64,000 nucleotides of DNA from Acidimicrobiaceae bacterium (GCA_026706815.1 JAPOYA010000005.1:2720-66719); one strand, 5' to 3'. Counted from the stretch's first letter, positions 9,723 to 20,858 are shown. Notes: generated by a model from the letters alone, not told the origin. Numbers and translations: made by a program.

Positions 9723-10709
9723 ATGACCGAACACACCCTCACCCTCCACATTCCCGGCAATCATCTGATGGGGGCGCTGCTAGGTGAGTACGATCAGCAT
9801 CTGCGTCACATAGAAGACGCATTCCCCGATACCACGGTGACTGTGCGGGGCAATGAGGTGCATCTTTCGGGGCCGGGCGCCGGAGCCGCCAGAACGACCT
9901 TCGAGGAGCTCGTGCTGCTCGCTGAGAACGGCCAACGCCTGGATCTCAACACCCTCGACTCCACTATCGACATGGTGCGGGCTGACGAACGACCCTCAAG
10001 CGTCTTGACGCACGAGATTCTCCGCGCTGACCGAGGCAGGGTGGTCCGCCCCAAGTCGAGCGGACAGAAACGATACGTCGAAGCGATAGAGGACAACGTC
10101 GTCACCTTCGGGATCGGTCCAGCGGGCACAGGGAAATCCTGGTTGGCGGTGGCTACCGCGGTTGCGGCGCTTCAAGCCGGCGCGGTTGAGCGCATCATCC
10201 TCACCCGTCCGGCGGTTGAGGCAGGTGAGCGGCTCGGGTTTCTGCCTGGTGACCTGATGGCCAAGGTGGACCCGTATCTTCGCCCGCTGTATGACGCGCT
10301 TCACGATATGGCCGGCGCCGACGGTGTTGAACGGCTGATGGAAAGAGGCGTTGTCGAGGTGGCGCCGCTTGCGTTCATGCGAGGACGCACGCTCAATTCG
10401 TCGTTCATAATCCTCGACGAGGCCCAGAACACCACGGCCGAGCAGATGAAGATGTTCTTGACCAGGATCGGTCATGGCTCCAAAGCCGTCGTCACCGGCG
10501 ACATCACCCAAGTCGACGTTGCCACCGGGCGCAGCGGGCTCTCTGGTTTGGAGCCGATTCTGGGAGGTATCGACGGTATCGGCTTTGTCCGGCTCTCCAA
10601 GCGCGATGTCGTCCGTCATCGCATCGTGCAGGAGATCGTCGACGCCTACGAGAAAGCGAACGGCGGGAAGGCGAACGATGCCGGTCGAGCCGACGGTGGG
10701 CCTAGGTGA
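9723..10709 (+). CDS. phoH: PhoH-family ATPase
   Basis: 328-aa ORF with Walker A GPAGTGKSWLAVA and ILDEAQN, in the conserved phoH-ybeY context. Confidence 0.9.
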   Translation: MTEHTLTLHIPGNHLMGALLGEYDQHLRHIEDAFPDTTVTVRGNEVHLSGPGAGAARTTFEELVLLAENGQRLDLNTLDSTIDMVRADERPSSVLTHEILRADRGRVVRPKSSGQKRYVEAIEDNVVTFGIGPAGTGKSWLAVATAVAALQAGAVERIILTRPAVEAGERLGFLPGDLMAKVDPYLRPLYDALHDMAGADGVERLMERGVVEVAPLAFMRGRTLNSSFIILDEAQNTTAEQMKMFLTRIGHGSKAVVTGDITQVDVATGRSGLSGLEPILGGIDGIGFVRLSKRDVVRHRIVQEIVDAYEKANGGKANDAGRADGGPR

Positions 10710-11194
10710 ACGAGGCAGCCGGCCCGGTGGTGGTGGTGCTCGACGAGCAGGGCGGCATCGAAATCGACAGTGGTCGCTGGCAGCGTCTTGCTTCGGGAGC
10801 GCTCGTGTCCTCAGGCGTCGTGAGCGGGGAGCTCAATCTGATTTTCGTCGACGAAGCGACGATGACCCGACTGAACCACGAGCACATGGGCAACGGCTAT
10901 GCGACCGATGTGCTGTCGTTCCCCATTGACGGACCAGCCACTGTTGAGTCGAGCGCAGCCGAGTCGGGCGAGTCTCTGATCGGTGATGTGGTCGTCTGTC
11001 CCGCTCAGGCAGCGGTGCAGGCACGCGACCACGAGGGGCAACGGGGGCACGACGGTTCTCTCGAAGACGAACTGGCGCTGCTGATCGTTCACGGTGTGCT
11101 GCATGTGCTTGGACACGACCACTACGACACGGCGACCGCGAACCGAATGCAGTCCTGCGAGCAGGCTCTCCTCCGCCGACACCACCGCGCATGA
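10706..11194 (+). CDS. ybeY: rRNA maturation endoribonuclease YbeY
   Basis: 162-aa ORF with the HGVLHVLGHDH zinc motif. It overlaps the phoH stop by 4 nt. Confidence 0.9.
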   Translation: MNEAAGPVVVVLDEQGGIEIDSGRWQRLASGALVSSGVVSGELNLIFVDEATMTRLNHEHMGNGYATDVLSFPIDGPATVESSAAESGESLIGDVVVCPAQAAVQARDHEGQRGHDGSLEDELALLIVHGVLHVLGHDHYDTATANRMQSCEQALLRRHHRA

Positions 11195-12114
11195 TCTGGG
11201 TGCTGACAGCCGTAGCGGCAGCGCTGATCGCAGGGCTCGTCGCCGGGGTCGCACTGACGCTGGCGGATCGTATTCCGAAGCGCTTCTTGACGAGGCGCGC
11301 TGAAGCGCCGGTCGCTTCTGAAGACGAGTTGATCGCCCTCACCGAAGCGGCGGCTGCTGACGACGTGATCGATGATGAGGAACGGGAGCTGATCGAGTCG
11401 GTGTTCGCGCTGGACGACACGATCGTGCGCGAAGTGATGGTGCCGCGCACCGACATGGTCGCAGTCGCATCCGACATCAGCATCACCGCGGTTGTGGATC
11501 TCGCCATCGAGAAGGGATTGAGTCGCCTCCCGGTGTTCGCGGACGACATCGACGACATAGTCGGCGTCTGCTTGATGAAGGACCTGACTCGTGCCGAACG
11601 GGCCGGACGCGGCGACCGGCATGTGCGGACCGTGATGCGGCGGGCGCGCTTCGTGCCGGAGACCAAGCATGCGGGCGATCTTCTGCGAGAGATGCAGGCG
11701 GGTCGCTGTCACCTTGCTGTTGCCGTCGACGAATACGGCGGCACCGCGGGCCTGGTCACCCTCGAGGACGTCGTGGAAGAGCTGGTTGGCGAGATCGTCG
11801 ACGAGTTCGACGTTGAAGAGCCGCTGGTCGAGCCTCTCGCCGGCGGGGAAGCTCTGGTACACGGGCGGATGCCGATCGATCAGCTCAATTCCCTGGTGCG
11901 GTCCAAGCTCGGGCGGGGAGACTGGGACACTGTCGGCGGCCTGATATTCAGCACTCTGGGCCATGTCCCGACGGTCGGCGAGTCGATTGAAGAAGGCGGT
12001 GTGCTTCTCAAGGTCGAGCGTATGGAGGGTCGCCGGATCACCAAAGTGCGTCTCACTCCAGTCGCGTCCAACTCCAACCAAGCCCCTGCACAGAGGAACG
12101 CAGCCGATGGATGA
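11191..12114 (+). CDS. CBS-domain / CorC_HlyC hemolysin-family protein
   Basis: 307-aa ORF with one N-terminal TM helix, a CBS pair and a C-terminal CorC-type domain, in the conserved ybeY-CBS-era order. Confidence 0.8.
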   Translation: MIWVLTAVAAALIAGLVAGVALTLADRIPKRFLTRRAEAPVASEDELIALTEAAAADDVIDDEERELIESVFALDDTIVREVMVPRTDMVAVASDISITAVVDLAIEKGLSRLPVFADDIDDIVGVCLMKDLTRAERAGRGDRHVRTVMRRARFVPETKHAGDLLREMQAGRCHLAVAVDEYGGTAGLVTLEDVVEELVGEIVDEFDVEEPLVEPLAGGEALVHGRMPIDQLNSLVRSKLGRGDWDTVGGLIFSTLGHVPTVGESIEEGGVLLKVERMEGRRITKVRLTPVASNSNQAPAQRNAADG

Positions 12115-12985
12115 GCGCCCGGCCACGGGGTCGGGGGCCAGTCACGATGAGCGCTCGGGTTTCGTCACACTCATCGGGCGTCCCAACGCCGGAAAATCGA
12201 CGTTGTTGAACAAGATTCTCGGATTCAAGGCGTCGATCGTCTCCGACAAGCCCCAAACAACCCGCACTCAGACACGAGGGGTTCTGAATCGTGATGGCGC
12301 CCAGTTGGTGTTTGTCGACACGCCCGGCATCCACAAGCCCCGGACCGCCCTCGGCGCCAGCCTCAACGCCACCGCCAACCAGGCGAGCTCGCAGGTCGAC
12401 GTTGTGTGCTTCGTGCTCGATGCAACCGCGCCCTACGGCCGCGGCGACGCCTCCATCGCTGAGCGCTTGCCACAGGGCTCTGTGATTGTCGTGACCAAAG
12501 CTGACATTGCCTCGCGCCGACAGATCGCCCGGCAACTTGCGGCCACAAGTCACCTCGACGCCGCGCAGTGGTTCCCGGTGAGCGGAAGAACCGGGGAAGG
12601 CATAGACGACTTGGTTGCCTGTCTGATCGAGAGAATGCCCTCGGGGCCGCGTCTGTATCCCGCCGAGATGCTCACCGACGTCGGAGACGAGTTCTGGGTG
12701 GCAGAACTCGTGCGCGAGAAATTACTGGCCTTGACTCGCGACGAACTGCCCCACAGTGTGGCGACCAGGGTCACCGAATGGGAGTGGCCGCGGATTCGGT
12801 GCGAGATCCTTGTTGAACGCGAGTCTCAGAAACCGATGGTGATAGGGAAGGGTGGAGCGGTGCTCAAGAAAGTCGGCACTGCGGTTCGCGCCGAAATCGG
12901 CGAAGAGGCCTATATCGAGCTCTTCGTGAAGGTGGAGAAGAACTGGCAACGCCGCTCCGAGCTGGTCCAACGCCTCGGCTACTAG
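12107..12985 (+). CDS. era: GTPase Era
   Basis: The track ORF is 11963..12985. I trimmed the start to MDERP (ATG 12107, overlapping the upstream stop). G1 motif GRPNAGKSTLLN, DTPG, and a KH-type C-terminus are present. Confidence 0.9.
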   Translation: MDERPATGSGASHDERSGFVTLIGRPNAGKSTLLNKILGFKASIVSDKPQTTRTQTRGVLNRDGAQLVFVDTPGIHKPRTALGASLNATANQASSQVDVVCFVLDATAPYGRGDASIAERLPQGSVIVVTKADIASRRQIARQLAATSHLDAAQWFPVSGRTGEGIDDLVACLIERMPSGPRLYPAEMLTDVGDEFWVAELVREKLLALTRDELPHSVATRVTEWEWPRIRCEILVERESQKPMVIGKGGAVLKKVGTAVRAEIGEEAYIELFVKVEKNWQRRSELVQRLGY

Positions 12986-13020
12986 TAGCGACGGCTGCCG
13001 GTCCAGTCCCGAGCATTCGG

Positions 13021-14910
13021 CTAATCCCCTCGCAACCCTCTGAGCAGGTTCTCGGCTTCGCTGCGGTCTCTGGTTCTGCGCATCGGGGGAAGAGCCCCGA
13101 GCAGGGCCCAGCGGTAGCTGCGCGAGGTCGCCAGCCGAGGGTCCAGCACGGCCACCACTCCGCAGTCCGTCGCGGAGCGAATGAGCCGACCCGCGCCCTG
13201 GGCCAGCAGTATTGCGGCCCTCGGCAGATCAACGACTCGGAAAGCGTCGGCGCCTGCCCGCTCGCGGCGCGCCTGCAGCAGCGGCTCGTCCGGCCGGGGA
13301 AAGGGAAGCCGGTCGATTATCACCAGGCTGCAGGTGGAGCCGACCGCGTCGATGCCCTGCCAAAAGGACATAGTGGCGAAGAGGCAGGCTTCCTCGTTCT
13401 CGATGAAGCTCTTCAGGAGTTGCGCCTTTGATCCCTCGCCTTGTTGCAACACGGTCCAGGGGACTCGCGGCTCGATGTGGGCGGCGGCTTGTTGCATCGC
13501 ACCCCAACTCGTGAACAATGCCAGAGTCCTTCCACCGGCCGCTGAGACCAACGACTCGATCTCTTGCAGTTGTGATTCCCTGTGCCCTTGACTCCGCGGG
13601 TCGGGAAGATCTGCCGCGCAGTACAGCAGGGCGTTCGCTTCGTAGTCGAAGGGACTCCCGACGTCTACTTCTACGGTGCTGGAAGGAAGCCCGAACTGAG
13701 TGGTGGCATGTAGCGGCATCGTGGCGGAGGTGAGCACGGCGCCGCGTTGCGACCACAGGTTCTCAGCCAGGATCTTGTCGATGGCCAGTGGTGTAGAACG
13801 CAGGCTGGGGTTGTGGGTCGGGCCGTCCACCCACATGACCTCGTCGTCGGTGGCCCAGCGAAGGCAGCCGATGTCGTCGAGCACCGAGCTGATGGACTGG
13901 CGTGCCCGGATGGCTCGGCTCGACACGTCGGAGGGCGCGTCGGCGGGCACCGCCCTGAGGTCGTTGAGCAAGTCGGCGACACGGCCCGAGACGAGATCGA
14001 GCGTGCTGCCGAGTTCGTCTGGCGGCCCTTCCGGCAGCCGGTTCCCGACCAGGGGCTCGAGGCGGTCCCTGAGCGCTGTGGCTGCGTCGTCGACTGCTTT
14101 GGGTGCGTCTGAGTCCGCTAGCACTGCTCTTGTGGCAGCCGCGGCGGCAGCTAGACGGGATGGACTCAGGTAACGGCCCGCGGCGTTGGCGACGATGTCT
14201 TCAAGCTGGTGGGCCTCGTCGATGATCACCATGTCGTGCTCGGGGAGAATGCCTTGAACCGCGACGTCGATGGCGTAGAGATAGAGGTTGACGATCAGCA
14301 CGTCGGCGGCAGCGGCGCGGCGCCAGGCTCTTTCGGCGAAACAGCTTTCGCCCTCGGGGCAACGGTTGGCGCCGGGGCATTCTTGGCGGCTCACGCTGAC
14401 CTGCTGCCAGGCCCGGTCGCTGACGTCGGCCAGTTCGGATCGCTCGCCGCTCTCGCTCGTCTCGGCGAACAGCCGGAGTTTCTTGAGCGTCTTGTCATCC
14501 AGAGCGGCGTCGTCGAGGTCAAGACTGAGGCCCGGTTCGGATTCTGCCTCTTCTGCTTCTTTCAGACGTTGCAGGCACAGATAGTTGGAGCGGCCTTTCA
14601 GAACGGAGAAATCGATCGGCTCCTCAAGTCGGCTCGACAGGAACGGCAGGTCTTTGTCGGCCAACTGGTCCTGCAGTGCTTTGGTCGCCGTTGCGACCAC
14701 GACCTTCTGGCCCGACACGGCGATGGGCACCAGATAGGCGAGCGACTTGCCCGTGCCCGTTCCGGCCTGCACCACCGCATGGCCGTTGCCCTCCAACGCG
14801 TCTGCGACTGTGGCCGTCATCTCATCCTGTCCGCTGCGGCGCTCTCCGCCGCCTGGGAGGCAGGCGGTGACCCGGGCGAGGAGTTCAAGGGATTGTTCAG
14901 CGGTGTTCAT
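13021..14910 (-). CDS. dinG: ATP-dependent DNA helicase, DinG/Rad3 (XPD-like) family
   Basis: 629-aa ORF with Walker A AGTGTGKSLAYLVP, a DEAH box (IIDEAHQL) and Cys residues in the FeS region. Confidence 0.8.
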   Translation of the reverse strand: MNTAEQSLELLARVTACLPGGGERRSGQDEMTATVADALEGNGHAVVQAGTGTGKSLAYLVPIAVSGQKVVVATATKALQDQLADKDLPFLSSRLEEPIDFSVLKGRSNYLCLQRLKEAEEAESEPGLSLDLDDAALDDKTLKKLRLFAETSESGERSELADVSDRAWQQVSVSRQECPGANRCPEGESCFAERAWRRAAAADVLIVNLYLYAIDVAVQGILPEHDMVIIDEAHQLEDIVANAAGRYLSPSRLAAAAAATRAVLADSDAPKAVDDAATALRDRLEPLVGNRLPEGPPDELGSTLDLVSGRVADLLNDLRAVPADAPSDVSSRAIRARQSISSVLDDIGCLRWATDDEVMWVDGPTHNPSLRSTPLAIDKILAENLWSQRGAVLTSATMPLHATTQFGLPSSTVEVDVGSPFDYEANALLYCAADLPDPRSQGHRESQLQEIESLVSAAGGRTLALFTSWGAMQQAAAHIEPRVPWTVLQQGEGSKAQLLKSFIENEEACLFATMSFWQGIDAVGSTCSLVIIDRLPFPRPDEPLLQARRERAGADAFRVVDLPRAAILLAQGAGRLIRSATDCGVVAVLDPRLATSRSYRWALLGALPPMRRTRDRSEAENLLRGLRGD

Positions 14911-15002
14911 GCGGCGAAAGTCCCCGGATCTTCAGACACCCAACCTATGCGCCGGCGCGGCGCCGGCGGCTTGAAGGTTAGACCGATGATTCGAATAGCG
15001 CG

Positions 15003-15764
15003 GTGCTCGGAGCGGATAGGTTCTACGATGTGACCGTCGATTTGCTCGACCTGAATCGGATCCCCCGTCACATCGCCTGCGTGATGGACGGCAACGGCAG
15101 GTGGGCCCAGGCACGGGGCTTGCCCCGAACTGAGGGGCACAGGGCGGGTGAGCACTCGTTGTTCGAGGTGGTGGGCGCCTGTTTGGAAATCGGCGTCGAG
15201 TGGTTGACCGTGTATGCCTTCAGCACCGAGAACTGGCGCCGGCCCCGCGACGAGGTTCGGTTTCTGATCGACTTCAACGAGGAGATCCTGCTGCGGCGCC
15301 GTGATGATCTGAACGAACGCGGGGTGCGGATCCGCTTTGTCGGCCGACGCGACTGGCGGGTCCCGAAAAGGCTGATACGGCGGATGGACGAGGCGTCGGA
15401 GCTGACGAAGAAGAACCGCGCGCTCACCTTCACCATCGCGTTCAACTACGGAGGTCGAGCCGAGATAGTCGACGCGGTGCGCCGGATCGCAGCGTCCGGC
15501 GCGGCTCCTGAGAAAATCACCGAAACGACCATCGCCCGGAATCTCTACGATCCCGAGATGCCCGATCCCGATCTGGTGATCCGCACCTCGGGTGAATACC
15601 GGATCTCGAACTTCCTGTTGTGGGAGTTGGCCTACAGCGAGCTGGTGTTCACCGATACCCCCTGGCCCGAGTTCCAACGGCGAGAGTTCTTTTCTGCTGT
15701 CAGAGAGTTCCAGGACCGCGACCGCCGTTTCGGCGGCGTCGATGGCGTCGATGGCGGCGATTGA
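15003..15764 (+). CDS. uppS: isoprenyl transferase (undecaprenyl-diphosphate synthase family)
   Basis: 253-aa ORF with the HIACVMDGNGRWA motif and RTSGEYRISNFLLWE. The start could be a downstream GTG. Confidence 0.9.
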   Translation: MLGADRFYDVTVDLLDLNRIPRHIACVMDGNGRWAQARGLPRTEGHRAGEHSLFEVVGACLEIGVEWLTVYAFSTENWRRPRDEVRFLIDFNEEILLRRRDDLNERGVRIRFVGRRDWRVPKRLIRRMDEASELTKKNRALTFTIAFNYGGRAEIVDAVRRIAASGAAPEKITETTIARNLYDPEMPDPDLVIRTSGEYRISNFLLWELAYSELVFTDTPWPEFQRREFFSAVREFQDRDRRFGGVDGVDGGD

Positions 15765-15812
15765 AATGAGCGGAATCGCCGTGGGCGGCAACTGTCATGG
15801 GAGGCCGTCGCT

Positions 15813-16547
15813 ATGAGCCTCTACCGGGATCAAGCCGTGGTCCTGCGGACATGGAAGCTCGGCGAGGCCGACCGGATCGTCAGTCTCCACACTCACGACA
15901 ACGGCAAGGTCCGTGCTGTTGCCAAAGGGATTCGTCGAACAAAATCAAAATTCGGGTCGAGGCTTGAACCTCTGAGCCATGTGTCGGTCCAGTTGTACAG
16001 AGGACGCGGCGCCCTCGACACGATCACCCAGGTGGAAACGATTTCCCGTTTCGGGTCCCTGCGAGACCATCCGGAGCGGTTTGCCCGTGCCGAAGCTCTG
16101 CTCGAGGCAGTCGAGGGGGTGGCGCAAGACCGCGGACCGGACCGTGCTCTTCACGTCATGCTGGTCAAGGCGCTGGCCACGCTCGAACTGCACACCTCAG
16201 AAGAGGGCGAGAGCGGTCTGGTCGTCGCCGCCTTCTTTCTGAAGCTGCTTGCCCATGAGGGGTTGCAGCCCCAACTCGACGCTTGCTGTCGGTGTGGCAG
16301 CCCTGAAGCACTTGTGGCGTTCGACCTTGATGAGGGGGGAGTGCTCTGTCGCCAGTGTCGTCGCGGGCGCCCGATCCCCGAGGGGGCCCTTGAACTGATG
16401 AGGCGGATTCTGAGCGGCGGGCTCGGCGGCGTGCTGGCTGAAGGCTCGACTCCTGTTGCAGCTGAGCTGTTGGCATTGTCCACCGCGTTGTTGGAACACC
16501 ACTTGGAGCGACGCCTGCGTTCTATCGCTGTGCTGGGCCAGACCTGA
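15813..16547 (+). CDS. recO: DNA repair protein RecO
   Basis: 244-aa ORF with the N-terminal OB pattern (AVVLRTWKLGEADRIVSLHT) and a CxxC...CxxC zinc motif (CCRCG...CRQC). Confidence 0.85.
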   Translation: MSLYRDQAVVLRTWKLGEADRIVSLHTHDNGKVRAVAKGIRRTKSKFGSRLEPLSHVSVQLYRGRGALDTITQVETISRFGSLRDHPERFARAEALLEAVEGVAQDRGPDRALHVMLVKALATLELHTSEEGESGLVVAAFFLKLLAHEGLQPQLDACCRCGSPEALVAFDLDEGGVLCRQCRRGRPIPEGALELMRRILSGGLGGVLAEGSTPVAAELLALSTALLEHHLERRLRSIAVLGQT

Positions 16548-16586
16548 TGTCGCCGCAAGCTCTGTCTCGTCTATCTCGCAAGCGTC

Positions 16587-17540
16587 TTACTGGCTGATGG
16601 GGATCCAGCGACCGCCGGACTCGCTCCATTCCATCCAGGCTTGAAGTTCGGGATCCCACTGGATGTAGGCGTCGCGCGCCTCATCCCACATCGGCGCGTC
16701 GACGCCGGGCTGCGACGCTTCGTCTTGGCGGGCGGCTGCCGGCGCGGGTTCCGCTGTGCCGCCGGCGTGCGGCTCGACGACCGCCGAGGGATCTGTCGCC
16801 GGGTCGACGCCGGGCTGTTCTGCGAGCGGCGCAGAGATGACCGGCTCCGTGACCGGCGCAGAGACGACCGGCTCCGTGACCGGTGGTTGGGCGGGCGGCG
16901 CTTGAATGGGCGGATCCCACAGGCCGGGCACCGATATCGTCGCTCCGGCGACTTCGTTGACTCCGGGGACCTGCGCGGGCGTGCCGACATGTTTCTTGTC
17001 GACGACCAGGGTTTTGGCGGCGAAGTCACCGACACGCCGATGCCCCTTGGACGCCAATCCCAGGATCAACCCGGTCAGCGGGACGATCACGATCCACGGG
17101 AACGTGTCGACAATCAGCAGTATCCAGCGCAGAGCGTGTCTGCCGACCCCGGCCTTCTGAAACGTGTTCTTGTCCACCACGCGGAGGCCGGCAGCGAGCT
17201 TGCCCAAGGATCCACCGGTGATCGAGGAAACGACAACCGAGTTCAACACCGCGATGACGAGTATCAAGAGGAGGAAGACGCCGAATTTGTCGGCCTCGAA
17301 CACGAACACAGTTGAATCCAGGTCGATGCACACGTCGCCATTGTCCAGGGCTTCGTAATGTTCGCATATCTGTGTGGCCAGGGCCGGATCATCGACCTCG
17401 TCGAGAGTGGCCATCGAGAAGAACGCGATCGCCCCGACTGCGAACAGGATGAGAAAATCAATGATGTAGGCGAGGCAACGGCGGCCGAAGACGGCCGTCG
17501 GGTCGGCGGGAACGGGATCGTTGGGCTGGACGGACTCCAT
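16587..17540 (-). CDS. RDD-family membrane protein with a Pro-rich repetitive C-terminus
   Basis: 317-aa ORF with an N-terminal RDD-type membrane domain (RRCLAYIIDFLILFAVG) and a C-terminal PVTEPV(V/I)SA repeat encoded by a 27-bp tandem duplication (16829-16882). Confidence 0.7.
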   Translation of the reverse strand: MESVQPNDPVPADPTAVFGRRCLAYIIDFLILFAVGAIAFFSMATLDEVDDPALATQICEHYEALDNGDVCIDLDSTVFVFEADKFGVFLLLILVIAVLNSVVVSSITGGSLGKLAAGLRVVDKNTFQKAGVGRHALRWILLIVDTFPWIVIVPLTGLILGLASKGHRRVGDFAAKTLVVDKKHVGTPAQVPGVNEVAGATISVPGLWDPPIQAPPAQPPVTEPVVSAPVTEPVISAPLAEQPGVDPATDPSAVVEPHAGGTAEPAPAAARQDEASQPGVDAPMWDEARDAYIQWDPELQAWMEWSESGGRWIPISQ

Positions 17541-17569
17541 AGGTGCGCACCTCCGGTAGCCTCGCGGCC

Positions 17570-18892
17570 ATGGGCGACTCGGAACTGGTTGACGGACTTT
17601 TCGACAAGATAGTGAACCTATCCAAGCGCCGCGGTTTTGTATTCCAGTCTGCGGAGATATACGGCGGTTTTCGCTCGACTTATGACTACGGGCCGCTCGG
17701 GGTCCTGCTGCTGCGAAACGTGAAGGAGGCTTGGTGGCGTTCGATGGTGCAGCACCGTCGCGATGTGGTCGGTCTCGACGCGGCCGTCCTCTCGCCGCCT
17801 CAGGTGTGGGAGGCGAGCGGTCACCTCGCCAACTTCTCAGACCCGCTTGTCGACTGCACCCAGTGCAACGCCCGACACCGCCAGGACAAGCTCGAGGATC
17901 CCGAGACCTGTCCGGCGTGCGGGACTTCCGGCTGCCTCACTGAGGCGCGCCAGTTCAATTTGATGTTCAAGACTCACGCGGGGCCTATGGCCGATTCGGC
18001 CGCCGAGGTCTACCTGCGCCCGGAGACGGCCCAAGGGATTTTCACCAACTTCGCCAATGTGCTCCGGACCAGCCGCAAGAAACCACCTTTCGGCATCGCC
18101 CAGATCGGCAAGTCGTTCCGCAACGAGATCACCCCGGGGAACTTCGTTTTCCGAACTCGGGAGTTCGAGCAGATGGAGATGGAGTTCTTCGTTCCGCCAG
18201 GCGACGCCGACCACTGGTTCAGGTACTGGTGCGATCAGAGATTGAGTTGGTACCTGGATCTGGGCCTTCCCGAAGCAGACGTCCGCCTGCGGCCCCACGA
18301 CCGCGATGAATTGAGCCACTATTCGTCGGGAACTTCAGACTTGGAATATCGCTTCCCGTGGGGTTGGGACGAATTGGAGGGCATCGCCAATCGCGGAGAC
18401 TTCGATCTCGCTGTCCATGCCGCGCATTCCGGCGAGCGCCTCGAGTACTTCGATCAGGCGGACAACAGACACTGCGTGCCGCATGTGATCGAGCCGGCCG
18501 CAGGCGCCGCCCGCGCGGCAATGGCGTTTCTGATGGCCGCTTACGACGAAGAAACTGTCAACGACAGCGTTCGCGCCGTGCTGCGCCTCGACCCCAGGCT
18601 TGCCCCTTACAAGGTCGCGGTCCTGCCGCTGTCCAACAAGGACACGCTCACCCCGACCGCGCAGGAGGTGTTCGAGGTCGTCAAATTGCGTTGGATGGCG
18701 GACTACGACCAGACACAGTCCATCGGCAAGCGCTACGCCCGGCAGGATGAGATAGGCACGCCCTACTGTGTGACCGTCGACTTCGACACGCTCGATGATC
18801 GCGCCGTCACCGTGCGTGAACGAGACACGCGCGAACAGGAGCGGGTCTCGATCGGCCGACTCGAGGGATTTCTCGCTTCTCGACTCGGCTGA
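17570..18892 (+). CDS. glyQS: glycine--tRNA ligase (dimeric class II)
   Basis: The track ORF is 17543..18892. I trimmed the start to the ATG at 17570 ([33 protein letters not shown]). Class II motifs run throughout. Confidence 0.9.
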   Translation: MGDSELVDGLFDKIVNLSKRRGFVFQSAEIYGGFRSTYDYGPLGVLLLRNVKEAWWRSMVQHRRDVVGLDAAVLSPPQVWEASGHLANFSDPLVDCTQCNARHRQDKLEDPETCPACGTSGCLTEARQFNLMFKTHAGPMADSAAEVYLRPETAQGIFTNFANVLRTSRKKPPFGIAQIGKSFRNEITPGNFVFRTREFEQMEMEFFVPPGDADHWFRYWCDQRLSWYLDLGLPEADVRLRPHDRDELSHYSSGTSDLEYRFPWGWDELEGIANRGDFDLAVHAAHSGERLEYFDQADNRHCVPHVIEPAAGAARAAMAFLMAAYDEETVNDSVRAVLRLDPRLAPYKVAVLPLSNKDTLTPTAQEVFEVVKLRWMADYDQTQSIGKRYARQDEIGTPYCVTVDFDTLDDRAVTVRERDTREQERVSIGRLEGFLASRLG

Positions 18893-18944
18893 CCGACTCC
18901 AGCGGCCTCCATCGCGAGCGTGGTATTCGGCTAGTTTGCCGCTG

Positions 18945-20819
18945 ATGGGCATCCACCATGACGACATCGCAAAGGTTCGAGCCTCTGCGGACATCGTCGC
19001 GCTGATCGGCGAGCACACCGACATCAAGCGCTCAGGCCGCAATTGGATGGCCCGCTGCCCGCTTCACGGTGAGCGCACTCCGTCTCTGTCGGTCAACGCC
19101 GAGAGGGGGGTCTACTACTGCTTCGGCTGCCAGCGCAGCGGCGATGCGATCACTTTTGTCCAGGAGATCGAGAAACTCGACTTCATCGGCGCCGTCGAGT
19201 CGCTCGCCTCCCGTTACGGCGTGCAGTTGCGCTACACGACCCATAGCGAGGGCGCCACCCGGGTCCGCAAACGGCTTCTGCTCGACGCGGTGGCTGAAGC
19301 AGTCGATTTCTACCACAAGAGGTTGCTCGACGGCGCCGACGCCGGCGCAGCCCGCGGCTATCTGCGCTCCCGCGGCTACGACCGCTCGGTGGTGGGCAGG
19401 TACCGGCTCGGCTGGGCGCCTGACAGTTGGGATGAGTTGGCCAAACACCTGAGACTGAACGCCGCCGACCTGAAAGACAGCGGCCTCGGGTTCGTCAACA
19501 AGTCCGGCCGGATGCAGGACTCCTTCAGGGCGCGCGTCATGTTCCCGATCGCTGATGAGCGGGGAGATTTCAGCGGCTTCGGCGGGAGGATTCTCCCAGG
19601 CCAGGAAGGCCCCAAATACAAGAACACCATCGGCGAGGCAGCGGTCTACGACAAGAGCAGACTGCTGTACGGGCTGCACGCCCATCGCGAGGGCATTGTC
19701 AAAGAAGGCGAAGCGATTGTCTGCGAGGGCTACACCGACGTGATCGGCTTCGCCAACGCCGGCATCCTGCGGGCCGTCGCAACCTGTGGCACTGCCCTGA
19801 CCGAGGAGCACATCAAGTTGCTCAAGAGGTTCTCAGCGAATCGCCTGGTGCTCGCCTTCGACACCGACTCGGCCGGCCTCGCGGCCGCCGAACGCGTGTA
19901 TGAGTGGGAGCAGAAGTTCGAACTGGACGTGCGCGTGGCAGACCTGCCGCCCGGGGTCGACCCAGACGACGTAGCCCGTGAAGACCCGGCTGAGCTGGCC
20001 AGGGCCGTGAGAGAAGCCATCCCGTACATGCGTTTTCGCATGGAGCGGGCTCTGTCTGCGGGTGATCTGTCTAGCCCGGAGGGCCGAGCCCGTGCCGCGG
20101 CGCGAGCAGTTGATGTTGTCAGCGAGCATCCCAACGAGCTTGTTCGCGATCCCTACCTAGAGGAGATCGCCCAGGTTTGCCGGGTCGACGTCGCCAGATT
20201 GCGGGAGCTTGCCTCCAAGCCTCGGCCGAAGCCGCCGACGACAGGGCGCCGCGTGCAATCAGACCGCACCCGACAAGACCGCACCCGACCAGAATGGGAA
20301 GATCGCGAGGTCCCCGACGCGCCCGGGGAATACACGAATGGCACCGCTCCCGAAGCGACTCTCACCGACTCGCTCGCAACTGCGGCAGAGGACGAAGCGA
20401 TCCGGCTCGTCATCGACCAACCCGACCAGGCTGTGCTGCTTCACGCCAATCTGTTCGGTCACAGTGTCCGCCAAGAAGCGTTCCAAGCACTTCGAGATCA
20501 TGGCTTTGCGGGAGCCCCAGACCGCTGCGGGCCCCAGGCCGCGGGCCTGTTGCGGCGGCTGGCTGTTGAAGGGTTCGACGCTGACCGCGACGATGTGCTC
20601 GCGGGTGTGGCGCGCCTGGCGGGCCGACGAACCCTCGACGGCATAGGCCATGGTCTGCGCTCCTATGGAGCAGCCGACGAGACAAGAATCGAAGTGAGCC
20701 GCTCGTTCACCTGGCTCAAGCGCGAATTGGAGAAACTCGATGAGCCGTCGACTCGCCGCCGAGCCGTGGAGGAATTGCTGCCATGGTTGATCGGTCACGC
20801 AGAATGGAGGGCAAGGTAA
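18945..20819 (+). CDS. dnaG: DNA primase
   Basis: The track ORF is 18795..20819. I trimmed the start to the ATG at 18945 (MGIHHDDI). It has a zinc ribbon (CPLHGERTPSLSVN...YYCFGC) and a TOPRIM region (VCEGYTDV). Confidence 0.9.
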   Translation: MGIHHDDIAKVRASADIVALIGEHTDIKRSGRNWMARCPLHGERTPSLSVNAERGVYYCFGCQRSGDAITFVQEIEKLDFIGAVESLASRYGVQLRYTTHSEGATRVRKRLLLDAVAEAVDFYHKRLLDGADAGAARGYLRSRGYDRSVVGRYRLGWAPDSWDELAKHLRLNAADLKDSGLGFVNKSGRMQDSFRARVMFPIADERGDFSGFGGRILPGQEGPKYKNTIGEAAVYDKSRLLYGLHAHREGIVKEGEAIVCEGYTDVIGFANAGILRAVATCGTALTEEHIKLLKRFSANRLVLAFDTDSAGLAAAERVYEWEQKFELDVRVADLPPGVDPDDVAREDPAELARAVREAIPYMRFRMERALSAGDLSSPEGRARAAARAVDVVSEHPNELVRDPYLEEIAQVCRVDVARLRELASKPRPKPPTTGRRVQSDRTRQDRTRPEWEDREVPDAPGEYTNGTAPEATLTDSLATAAEDEAIRLVIDQPDQAVLLHANLFGHSVRQEAFQALRDHGFAGAPDRCGPQAAGLLRRLAVEGFDADRDDVLAGVARLAGRRTLDGIGHGLRSYGAADETRIEVSRSFTWLKRELEKLDEPSTRRRAVEELLPWLIGHAEWRAR

Positions 20820-20858
20820 GGGTGCGCGGTCTGGTGGCGGTATCATCTTCAATGCCGG